Positions 11,243 to 21,975 of a stretch of DNA of 64,000 nucleotides are shown one piece after another. Made by a program: the position numbers and the translations under genes. Numbering within the stretch: the stretch's first letter is position 1; every line of letters begins with the position of its first letter. Source of the stretch: Octopus sinensis (Eukaryota); NCBI RefSeq assembly GCF_006345805.1, contig NC_043010.1, positions 50,840,001 through 50,904,000 on the forward strand, written 5' to 3'. The notes beneath the pieces were generated by a model. That model was given only the letters and a program-made list of their open reading frames with translations, did not search any database and was not told the origin of the DNA.

Positions 11243-12058
11243 TCACAGTGATGTAGCTTCATGTTCTCCAGCGTGACTGCGTTTATGATTTATAAGAGAA
11301 GAATTACTGGAGAAAAATTTCCTGCATATTTCACACTGATATGGCCTTTTTCCAGTGTGTAGATTTTTATGTGATTTTAAAGTAGTATTTTTACAGAAAG
11401 ATTTCCCGCATATTTCACACTGATATGGGGTTACTCCCGTGTGCATTGCTTTATGTCCGTTTAAAGTACTCTTGTAACTAAAAGAGACCCCGCATATTTC
11501 ACACTGAAACGGTTTCTCTCCCGTGTGAATTCGTTTATGTACTTTTAAAGTACTCTTATCACTAAAAGAGTTACCACATGTTTCACAACGATATGGCTTT
11601 TCCCCCGTGTGTATTCGTTCGTGTCCTTTTAAAGTACTGTTTTGACTGAAAGCGGTTCCGCATATTTCACAATGGAAAGGTTTTTCTCCCGTATGGACTC
11701 TTATGTGTGATTTTAAACTACTATTCTCAATGAATGCTTTCCCACACGTCTCGCAGTGAAAGGGTTTTTCTCCCGTGTGTGTCCTCACGTGAATTTTTAC
11801 ATGGCTACTACGGGCAAAATTTTTCCCACATATTTCGCACTGAAATGGTTTTTCCCCCGTATGTATCCTCACATGTCTTTCCAAATGGCTATTACGGAGA
11901 AAAGATGTCCCGCATATTTCACAATGATATGGCTTTACGCCAGAGTGTATTCGTTTGTGCCTATTTAAATACCCAACAACGAAAAATGATTTCCCACAAA
12001 TATCACAATGATAGGACCTTTCTTCGGCGTGCCTTCTTCTGTGCGTTTCTAGAGCCAT
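11243..12058 (-). CDS. C2H2 zinc-finger protein, 9 tandem fingers, no effector domain in the exon (ZNF locus 1)
   Basis: 271-aa ORF with nine CxxC-x12-HxxxH motifs and TGEKP-type linkers; true start and splicing unknown. Confidence 0.9.
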   Translation of the reverse strand: MALETHRRRHAEERSYHCDICGKSFFVVGYLNRHKRIHSGVKPYHCEICGTSFLRNSHLERHVRIHTGEKPFQCEICGKNFARSSHVKIHVRTHTGEKPFHCETCGKAFIENSSLKSHIRVHTGEKPFHCEICGTAFSQNSTLKGHERIHTGEKPYRCETCGNSFSDKSTLKVHKRIHTGEKPFQCEICGVSFSYKSTLNGHKAMHTGVTPYQCEICGKSFCKNTTLKSHKNLHTGKRPYQCEICRKFFSSNSSLINHKRSHAGEHEATSL

Positions 12059-13229
12059 GTCATTTACAAATGATTTCCAACTTTTTTTTCACAAAATCGT
12101 CTTTCTACAATGAGTTTTCTCTTGTGCATTTTTAAAAATCAAACCTTGACAAATACTTCACAATGACTGGATTTACCACTGCAACATCTACACGTGTGTG
12201 GACAACAAAACTTTAAGTGAAAATAATTTTCTATAAATTCCACACCTCCTCTTTGATTCGATTCTGGAAACTTATCTGGTATTACCAGAACACCAATATC
12301 TTTCTGTAGCACACTTCCTAATGAGAAAAGGGAGAATGAACGTTATCAATATCTGTAACCGTGGACCTCATGTGTATTTGTTTGATAATTACACGAGAAA
12401 TGATACTTGACATATTCCACAATAACAATACTTATTTATTTACTCTCCACGAATGTCACAGAGAAAGGTGTTACTTCACACTGTATTGTTACGTTTCTTT
12501 CAAAATGGGTACACTAAAAGCTATTCTAACGAGTACCTTTTAGTGAGTATTTTTTAATGAATATTGTAGATAAGAACATTCCAAGAGACAAACAGTTATC
12601 TCAGGATTATCATCATGATAGACGTCTTAATACATATTGGTTATCCACAGTTGTTTCAGTATGATAATTTGCGAGTATTCATAATAGGGTTCAGTTTCAA
12701 TTGCTTGGGATATTACAAAACGTAAGACAAACGAACCACTTTTTTTACATTGTATAAAGGAATTCAATGTACAACCACACAAATTTGGAGCTTACACTTA
12801 ATAATTATATATAGATATATAAAATTAAATATGATTCGCAATTAGTGATAATTAAATCAATTACGAACTAAATTAGATTTATATTTCTCCAAGGACGTAA
12901 ACAGAATATGAAACAGAATTTGAAAATAACTATCGAGACTTTCTTTTTTAATGTGTTAAGATCCGATCAAACATATCGATAATTGCTGTATAAAATTGGT
13001 TATTGAACAGTTACAGCTGATATAGATAAGGGAGATCACTGTATTGTGTATGTTCTGTAAAGTATTCTGTGTATTGAAATAACGGCATTGGTACACTTGT
13101 GTCGAATGTTGTTGTTATTATTATTATATAAATATAAACATAACATACTTAAATAGATCTGCTATGGAAATATGTTACAGAATATGGTATTTACCGAATA
13201 AGATTATGGGTGTTGATTATTCTCTCGTT

Positions 13230-13270
13230 CCCGTCGAACTGGATCACGTGATTCACTCACATTGGTAAAT
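13230..13270 (-). promoter_or_regulatory. Candidate promoter of ZNF locus 1 (E-box TCACGTGA plus CCAAT)
   Basis: GATCACGTGATTCACTCACATTGGT about 1.2 kb upstream of the ORF; motif-level evidence only. Confidence 0.3.
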
Positions 13271-13396
13271 GTTTACCAAAAAAATTTCAGAAACATCGTG
13301 TGTTCAGATATTGTGTACGTAAACAAAATACTATGCGTAAATACTAGGTAATATGATAAATCTCGGGTTATATCTGTATATTTGTATGATGCACGT

Positions 13397-13915
13397 GGAG
13401 ACGCGTGGCTTCGTGGTTAGGGTGTTGGGTTCATGATTGTAAGATTGTAGTTTCAGACCGGGCGATGCTTTATGTTCTTGAGCAAAACAATTCATTCCAT
13501 GTTGGTTCAGTTCACTCAAATGGCATATATATTTCCAAAGGGAAATATATATATGTCACGGAAACTGAGAAACTGGTCCAATGTGTCTTATATGACTCGA
13601 GGGGGAGTCATATGATAGGCTTGGACTCGTGGTTAGGGTGTTGCATTCACGATCAAGCAATCATGATTTCAATTCCTAGTCCGGGTGGTGCATTAAGGTT
13701 CTTGAGCAAAACCCTTCATCTTACGTTGCTTTGCGACCACGTCGATACCTGACGCGTTGCACACTGTGCACCTGTTCAGACAACGTCGATTTGATGGAGA
13801 GAGTGAGCTAATGTTCGGCACGAACATTTGATCACTATAAACAAATCATTTGTGCAATTCGTTCGGCAAAAGCTGAACGCTCATACGTTGTCTTCGACAG
13901 GAGAGTCTATCATGA
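13397..13915 (+). mobile_element. Two adjacent SINE family D copies (tRNA-like head GTGGTTAGGGTGTTG, TTCTTGAGCAAAAC core)
   Basis: Heads at ~13397 and ~13618; related copies ~54484-54705 and ~62871-63150. Confidence 0.75.
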
Positions 13916-13919
13916 TATA

Positions 13920-14429
13920 CCGTAAATCATCGAGTATAGTCCGCCCTTGAGTATAATACGCAAGGGATTTTTAAGGGACTGTACCTCTAAAAAACCTAAA
14001 CCTTGTGTATAATACGCACCCCTTCTCTAACTCGAGTCAAGGAGGTCTATATAACGTCCTTTGCTTGTAAAACTGTATACGGTAACGTCCTTTATTATTA
14101 TTGTACATATAACATAATGCAAACGTGTAGCTTTTTTGTGCATTTTGTTTGCAGAAAATAAAGAAATAACAGTAATAACGTTTAATAAATGTTGCTTACT
14201 GCAAGTTATGGATGATTCTTTTATGACTTCATTGCTTTCAGGCTTAGCTTAAGGTATTTAGCGCCCGACATAACAAAATGCGTCTGAATAAACATTGCCG
14301 GACAGCAAATAGAGTCTTGAACATTGCTTAGAATATAATTTTCATTTTTAACCTCATATATAGTGCGCACTAGGGATTTTGACCTTTAAATTTGGGGGAA
14401 AAATGCGGATTATACTCAAGGATTTACGG
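13920..14429. mobile_element. Tc1/mariner (Tc2/pogo-like) MITE
   Basis: TIRs CCGTAAATCATCGAGTATAGTCCGC / GCGGATTATACTCAAGGATTTACGG with TA on both sides. Confidence 0.88.
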
Positions 14430-14739
14430 TATACTAAACCACATACATGCTTCTAAAATTAGAACGAGATGCAAAGGTGGCATGCATATTTTCCTAGGTG
14501 CAGGCATGGCTGTGTGACAGCTTTTGAGTATATTTGAGAGACAAAAACTGTTTGTCTTAGCGGTTCACTAAAAAAAAATCCAATAAAATAAGTACAAGGC
14601 TTTAAAAAAACAAATACTGGAGTCATTTTGCTCGACTTAATCCTTCAAGCCTGCAAGTCCAATGACTTATAAAAGATAATATATATAATTCAATATTTGA
14701 TATGCATATAGTGAACGTCCCAAATTAAGGCACCCTTAA

Positions 14740-15140
14740 GACGGCGAGCTGGCAGAAACGTTAGCACGCCGGGCGAAATGCGTAGCCGTATTTCGTCTGC
14801 CGTTACGTTCTGCGTTCAAATTCCACCGAGGTTGACTTTGCCTTTCATCCTTTCGGGGTCGATAAATTAAGTGCCAGTTACGCACTGGGGTCGATGTAAT
14901 CGACTTAATCTGTTTGTCTGTCCTTGTTTGTCCCTTCTGTGTTTAGCCCCTTGTGGGTAGTAAAGAAATAGGTATTTCGTCTGTCTTTACGTTCTGAGTT
15001 CAAATTCCGCCAAGGTCGATTTTGCCTTTCATCCTTTCAGGATCGATGAATTAAGTACCAGTTGCATACTGGGGATTAATCTAATCGACTGGCCCCCTCC
15101 CCCAAAATTTCGGGCTTTGTGCCTATAGTAGAAAAGAAAT
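14740..15140 (+). mobile_element. Composite SINE A + A' dimer
   Basis: Full A monomer runs into a 5'-truncated A' monomer at AGAAATAGGTATTTCGTCTGTCTTTAC. Confidence 0.85.
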
Positions 15141-15720
15141 TAAATAAAGGCACCTTTGGGATTTGTGATGTTGTAATTGGGAAAATTATGTTGCAAGGCC
15201 CAAGTTCCTCAAAATGTTTTCTGTGTTCCTCATTAGAGGAATAAACCAGTGTATCAAAAAATACCTACTGTTTATTCAAAAATGGTTCACAGTACAACAG
15301 TATAAATGAATCAGTATAAATAAACAATAAAACCAGTAATAGTTTCAAATGACAAGCTTGGTCGAAACTTAAAATTCCATTCCCACAATTATTATTATTA
15401 TGGATTGGCAGAATGAAGCGAGCTGACAGAATCATTAACATGCCAGACAAAATATTTAGCTTCATTTTGTCTTTAAGTTCTGCATTTAAGATTCTGCTGA
15501 GGTTGACTTTATTTTTCATCTTATCAGGGTCTGTAAAATAAGTACCAGTTGAGCAGTGGGGTCAATGTAATTGACTATCCCTCTCCCACAAAATGTCAGG
15601 CCTTGTGCTTATGACAAAAAGGATTGTTATATCATTAGAAAGTTGGACAAAATGTCTTGCAGTGTTCGGTTATGGCCCCTTACATTCTGAGTTCAAATCC
15701 CACCAAGATCAAGGTTACTT

Positions 15721-16592
15721 CAGAGAAAGAAAGAAAAGAGAGGGAGAGAAAGAAAGAAAGAAAAGAGAGGGAAAGAGAAAGAAAGAAAGAAAAGAGAGGG
15801 AGAGAAATAAAAATAAAAATAGAGGGAGTGAAAGAAAGAAAAGAGAGGGAAAGAGAAAGAAAGAAAGAAAAGAGAGGGAGAAAAATAAAAATAGAGGGAG
15901 TGAAAGAAAGAAAAAGAGAGGGAGAGAAAGAAAGAAAAGAGAGGGAGAGAAAGAAAGAAAAGTGAGGGAGAGAAAGAAAGAAAAGAGAGGGGAAGAGAGG
16001 AAGAAAGAAAGAAAAGAGAGTGAGTGAAAGAAAGAAAAAGAGAGGGAGAGAAAGAAAGAAAAAGAGAGGGAGAGAAAGAAAGAAAAGAGAGGGAGAGAAA
16101 GAAAGAAAAAGAGAGGGAGTGAAAGAAAGAAAAAGAGAGGGGGAGAGAGGAAGAAAGAAAGAAAAGAGAGGGAGAGAAAGAAAGAAAAAGAGAGGGAGAG
16201 AGAGGAAGAAAGAAAGAAAAAGAGGGAGTGAAAAAGAGAGGGAGAGAAAGAAAGAAAGAAAAAGAGAGGGAGAGAGAGAAAGAAAAAGAGAGGGAGAGAA
16301 AGAAAGAAAAAGAGAGGGAGAGAGAGGAAGAAAGAAAGAAAAAGAGGGAGTGAAAAAAAGAAAAAGAGAGGGAGAGAAAGAAAGAAAAGAGAGGGAGAGA
16401 GAGGAAGAAAGAAAGAAAAAGAGGAAGTGAAAAAAAAAAGAGAGGGAGAGAGAGAAAGAAAGAAAGAAAAAGAGAGGGAGAGAAAGAAAGAAAAAGAGAG
16501 GGAGAGAAAGAAAGAAAAAGAGAGGGAGAGAGAGAAAGAAAGAAAGAAAAAGAGAGGGAGAGAGAAAGAAAGAAAAAGAGAGGGAAAGAAAT
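15721..16592 (+). repeat. ~870-nt polypurine simple-repeat array (GAAA, GAGAGGGA units)
   Basis: Nearly pure A/G strand. Confidence 0.95.
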
Positions 16593-17115
16593 AGGCCTTG
16601 TGCTTATATTAGGAAAACAAATTATTTATCTAAGGTTTCTCTGGCAATTTCAAACCAGAGGATTTCCACACAATGACAATTTGGGATCAGAATCAACAAA
16701 AATATTTGTAAACTAGGGACTTCAAATGCTTTTTTGGAAATACAAACATTACAATGCTTCATGTATAAAATTTTGCATGTGTTGTTAGAAAGGAGCGTAT
16801 ATTTATTTCAGAAGTTAATTATGAGTGGGTTGCTGAAAAGTTTCTGCCTTTGTGTAAAAGAAAATACAAAACGATCAGTTAATTATGATTTTATCCAAAA
16901 TATTTCCCACTCAAATTCACACATTTATTGCAGCAATCCTTCAGTTTTTCTAAGCTCCAATCAGGCCTTTCATGATACCCTTAAAGCCAGGAACATTTCT
17001 GCACCCCCTCATATATCAAAATACTGTAGTCTTTTATTTGTTTCAGTCATTAGAGGCACTGCCTTCAAGGATTTAGTTGAACAAGCCAACACTAGTACTT
17101 CTTTTCTTAAGTCTC

Positions 17116-17319
17116 TCTTTTACTTGTTTCAGTTATTTGACTGTGGCCATGCTGGAGCACCACATTCAGTCGAGCAAATCGACCCCAGGACTTATTCTTT
17201 GTAAGCCTAGTACTTTTTCTATCAGTCTCTTTTGCTGAACCACTAAGTTACGGGAACGTAAACACACCAGCATCAGTTGTCAAGCGATGTTGGTGGGGAC
17301 AAACACAGACACACAAACG

Positions 17320-17363
<44 letters not shown>

Positions 17364-17529
17364 CGACGGGCTTCTTTTTAGTTTCCGTCTACCAAATCCA
17401 CTCACAAGGCTTTGGTCGACCTGAGGCTAAAGTAGAAGACAATTGCCCAAGGTGCCACACAGTGGGACTGAACCCAGAACCATGTGGTTCATAACCAAGC
17501 TACTTACCACACAGCCACTCCTACGCCTA
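17116..17529 (-). mobile_element. SINE family B
   Basis: Full-length reverse complement copy. Confidence 0.9.
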
Positions 17530-18097
17530 GTAATTATGGGACCATAAACAAAACAACATTTTTGATTCAGTTATTGTGGGCCTCAGTTCATTTTTCCACT
17601 GCTCTCCACATCAACTTAGATGTCCTAAAAATAGAAGGCCTGGTTCTAGTTGACATTTCACAGCCTCTGACTTATTACTCATCTTTCAGATGCAAATATA
17701 AAGAAGACAAGAGACCTACAGGTGACACACAGATTCAATTGGGCAATTAGCAAATCACTTTCCTTTTGTCCATTTAAGCTTGGGAAACCTTCTTTGATGA
17801 GTATGACAGCTCATCAATGAAGGTTTTACCACCAACTATCACTCACACACAATCGATTACAATTACTGTTATGTCCAACTACCTTCCTGTCATGACACTT
17901 ACTTATCCTGCACATGTATTCAAATTCTAAAGACAAACAAGCATTTTTACATTCATACATATTTGCACATAAAACAAGTACCAGATCAGTACTGGGGTTG
18001 ATGTAAATGGCTTGTGCCCCTCCCCACCAAAATTGCCAGCCTCGTAGCAAAATTTGAAACCAGTATTAACCCTTGTTGACCATATAAATAAGTATTT

Positions 18098-18501
18098 GGA
18101 TCTTTTCGGTTTGAACGGCAGTTTTTTAACATAATTTCTAGGTAACTAACCACTTTTAAACTTCGTATACTGGTAGAATGTGTTTATAAAACATTCTTTT
18201 CTCTTGGCTTTATTGAGAAAATTCTATAGTTTGTAAGATATTTGTTGTTTTTTTTCTTCAATTTCTGCAATTTCAACCAATCAATGACGTCTATTGAGGT
18301 GAAAACATTCTGTGCCGTATGAATATGTCCCTCGTTTAAGAAACAGATTGGGTTTATTTACATTTGTGAAGAAAAAAAGATCCCCCCCAACCCTAACCCT
18401 AAAACAAATTGAAATGCAATAGATCGATACTAGGGTCATAATTATGGGTGACAATTTCATGACACTGCAAGAAAAAACTCCTGTTCAAACCGAAAAGATC
18501 C
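18098..18501. mobile_element. MITE with GGATCTTTTCGGTTTGAAC TIRs and 8-bp TSD (Merlin-like)
   Basis: TSD AAGTATTT at 18090-18097 and 18502-18509; second copy at 43950-44363. Confidence 0.92.
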
Positions 18502-18854
18502 AAGTATTTTTACATATAAAAACATTTTGTTATATATATATATATATATATATACAATAATATACATATACACTTGTTAAGCCAAGTAAAATCATAGTTG
18601 TGGCAGGTGCCAGTGATACATAAAAGCACACATGCTGTTAAGATATAAAAGGCACCCACTACACTCTTGGAGTGGTTGGCATTAAGAAGGGCATCCAGCA
18701 GTGGAAGCCAACCCAAAGTCAGACTGAAACCTGGTGCAGTTCTCCAGCTTACCAATTCCAGTCAAACCGTCTAACCAATACCGCCATGGAAAGCGGAAGC
18801 TAAATGATGATAGATAGATATACGTCCGGAAGATTATAATAATGGTTTCAAATT

Positions 18855-19383
18855 TTGCCACAGGGGTAACCGTTTTGGGGAAGTGGATGTGTCAATTACA
18901 TTGACCGCAGTCTTCAACTGGTGCTTAATTTATCGATGAAAGGCAAAGTCCACCTCGGCGGAATTTGAACGCAAACGAAATATCTATGTCTTTATTACCC
19001 ACAAGGGGCTAAACATAGAGGAGACAAACAAGGACAGACAAACAGATTAAGTCGATTATATCGACTCCAGTGCGTAACTGGTACTTATTTAATCGACCCC
19101 GAAAGGATGAAAGGCTAAGTTGACCTCGGCGGAATTTAAACGCAGACGAAATATCTGTTTCTTTGTTACCCACAAGGGGCTAAACATAGAGGGGACAAAC
19201 AAGGACAGACAAACGGATTAAGTCGATTACATCGACCCCAGTGCGCATCTGGTACTTAATTTATCGACCCTGAAAGGATGAAAGGCAAAGTCGACCTCGG
19301 CGGAATTTGAACGCAGAACGTAAGACGAAATACTGCTAAGCATTTCGCCCGGCGTGCTAACGATTCTGCCAGCTCGACGCCTT
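18855..19383 (-). mobile_element. Head-to-tail array of SINE A/A/A' monomers
   Basis: Three successive A-core segments on the minus strand. Confidence 0.85.
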
Positions 19384-19477
19384 TACAATAATAATGTTGA
19401 TATGTACGCACGTTTGTATTGTTTTTTTTTGTTTTTTATCAAATACATATAAACGAATACGCAAAAACTATAACAGA

Positions 19478-19550
19478 CCACGTGATATGAACGGAGACGG
19501 AAGTGAGAAATATATACATTATGCACCAATCACTTCCTCGTTCTGTAAAA
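19478..19550 (+). promoter_or_regulatory. Candidate promoter of ZNF locus 2 (CACGTG, ETS CGGAAGTG, CCAAT)
   Basis: GACCACGTGAT..GAGACGGAAGTGAG..GCACCAATCACTTCC, ~1.3 kb upstream of the ORF; motif-level evidence only. Confidence 0.35.
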
Positions 19551-20811
19551 AAACATAACAATGTAGGCAGCTAAAGAAATGAATGAAATGGATTCGCCAC
19601 CAGCAAAATAAATCTTCGCGTAACTGAACGAAGGATTCGTAGTATTTCCACTGGGAGTAGCTAATTTACTCAAACATTGCTGCAATAAGCCAAACAAAGC
19701 ATTTTGCAACAATCCGTAAATATACATTATCTATACACACACACAACATAAGAGATCGTTCCTTGCACAGTGCTCGTGTTTGTATCTATCAACACGTTCG
19801 TTTGACAATTTTGGACATAGCAGCTAAATTCCTTCAAATCTAAGTCGCATAGGCACTTATACAATTTTGTTGACTTCTTACTCTTGTATAGTGTAAATAA
19901 CAACACTGTGATGTCAAAACACAGAAAACTACACAACATCAGTTGTGTTTGATCATGTTTTATTGGATTTTAACACATTAAAAAAAAAAAGTCTTGTGAG
20001 ACTTTTATATTTATTTTCAATTTCTGTTTTCTTTTATGTTTACTTAGCATAACAGACATAAAAAATATATATATCCAATTCAGTTTAGTTCGAAATTGAT
20101 TGTTCTTTCTCTCTTTCGTGCTCTCGGTTCAAACCCCACCGAAGTCAACTTTGTCTTTTATCTTTTCGGGGTCGATAAAAAATATATATATCTATCCAAG
20201 ACGAATTGTAGAACTGTTTGATCGCATGTCTTGCGGTATTTGCTCTTTGCGTTCGGAGTTCAAGTCCCGTCGGGTTGTAGACTTAATCCGGCGCCCGATT
20301 TAACATCAACCAAAAATTCGGCCCGATTCATTTTAAGGATCGAGGATTCATACCCTCCCACTTGTCTCGGAGACTAAACGACCGTAGGGACTGCCCTGCC
20401 TTTTTTATTAAAAGATTAAAAAAAAAAAATAAATGCTTATCAATATTTGTAGATCATGTCATTTCATTTTATATCGTTATACATCAGAACCAATTTTGCA
20501 TCTTTCTATCTTTACAACAATCACTTTCATTATATCGCGTAAAAGTGACTCATTCATTTTAGACTTTATGATATCCCAGACAAAGAAAAAAAACCGCATT
20601 ATATATGTCTGTGAGTGTGTAAAATATTGATCTGGACTGTACAGCGCAAATACTTAAGGTGCCAATCACAGTGGGATTTCTGAGTCAACTGTTTGTCGCA
20701 TTGAACGGTTATATATATAAATAATGTAATCCACAAGCGTGTAAATATCAGAGGGAAAAACTATCGCATTAAAATTCGTTTGAAATCTTGTCAAACTTGG
20801 GAATTTAAAAA

Positions 20812-21423
20812 ATGCTCAAGGCGATACATGCTGGAGAAAGTCGTTTCCATTGCGAAATGTGTGGGAAAACATTCGTTAACAACAGTGTTTTAAAAAGACA
20901 CAAAATAAGACACAACAAAGAAAAATCTTATCACTGTGATATTTGTGGGAAATCTTTTGTCACTAATTCGAATTTAGGTAGTCACAAAAAGATACATATT
21001 ACAGAAAAACCGTTTCCTTGCGAAATCTGTGGCAAATCGTTCGTTCGTAATACGCATTTAAAAAGTCACATACGGACACATACGGGAGAAAAACCTTTTC
21101 ACTGCGAGACCTGTGGGAAATCGTTCACTCAGCAGCTTAGTTTGAAATCCCACATACGAACGCACACGGGAGAAAAACCGTATAATTGTGATATATGTGA
21201 GAAATCTTTCACCGTGAAATCTGCTCTTGTAGTTCACAAGCGATCACATACTGGGGAAAAGCCTTTTCGCTGTAAGATATGTGGGAAGTCTTTCAGCAAC
21301 AACAGATTAAAAACACACGAAAAAGTACACACTGGGGAAAAACTATATCACTGTGAAATCTGTGGGAAATCTTTCAGTGAAAATGGTAGTTTAAAATCCC
21401 ACAAAAGAGTACACACTGGATAG
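20812..21423 (+). CDS. C2H2 zinc-finger protein, 7 fingers (ZNF locus 2)
   Basis: 203-aa ORF, seven C2H2 motifs (one a residue short); ends HTG-TAG. Confidence 0.88.
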   Translation: MLKAIHAGESRFHCEMCGKTFVNNSVLKRHKIRHNKEKSYHCDICGKSFVTNSNLGSHKKIHITEKPFPCEICGKSFVRNTHLKSHIRTHTGEKPFHCETCGKSFTQQLSLKSHIRTHTGEKPYNCDICEKSFTVKSALVVHKRSHTGEKPFRCKICGKSFSNNRLKTHEKVHTGEKLYHCEICGKSFSENGSLKSHKRVHTG

Positions 21424-21442
21424 AATGTCTATCACTGTAAAA

Positions 21443-21806
21443 TCTCTATATATAAACGGCAAAATGTCTGCGTGTGTGTCCTTTATACAAATCCACAATT
21501 TTTCAGTTAGAGGGCTCGCACTTTCTATGGTCATTCAAAACCGTCCAAGGGTGGTCGTGCACATCTTTACATTTCCCCAGTCACCCCACAAAGCCATTAA
21601 AAAAAATCAATAGAAGTGACTTTTTTGTGAATTTCCTATCCAAAACCCTATCAAAATGCCCAAAACTTGATACGCCAATTGAATGCCAGCTAGCTGTATG
21701 TGATTGGTCGGAGGTTTGGACAGTACTCGCGTGTATGTGCACACGCACACAGCTGTATATGCATGCACTAGCATTATGACCCAGCGTTGCCGGGTCATAG
21801 TGCTAG
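21443..21806 (+). mobile_element. Non-autonomous Helitron inserted in a terminal decayed finger
   Basis: A|TCTCTATATATAAA start, CCCAGCGTTGCCGGG hairpin, CTAG|T end, no TSD. Confidence 0.82.
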
Positions 21807-21975
21807 TATGCAGTAAATCTTTTTTTAGGAATTGCTCAAATTCTATCTGATTCGTGAGTATACTCTCAGAAATATGTCAAACTGTTCACTTTAGTTGTCC
21901 ATTTGTATCCATGGATAAAAAGCATATTGGTGTGAAGTAGATGGAAATTTTGACTCTATAAGTCAAGTTCATAAA

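Noticed and set aside
11734-12135. Antisense ORFs over ZNF exons (also 38933-40338, 40505-40975)
   Set aside because: Shadow frames of repetitive finger codons.
15593-16430. E/R/K-rich ORFs
   Set aside because: Translations of the purine simple repeat.
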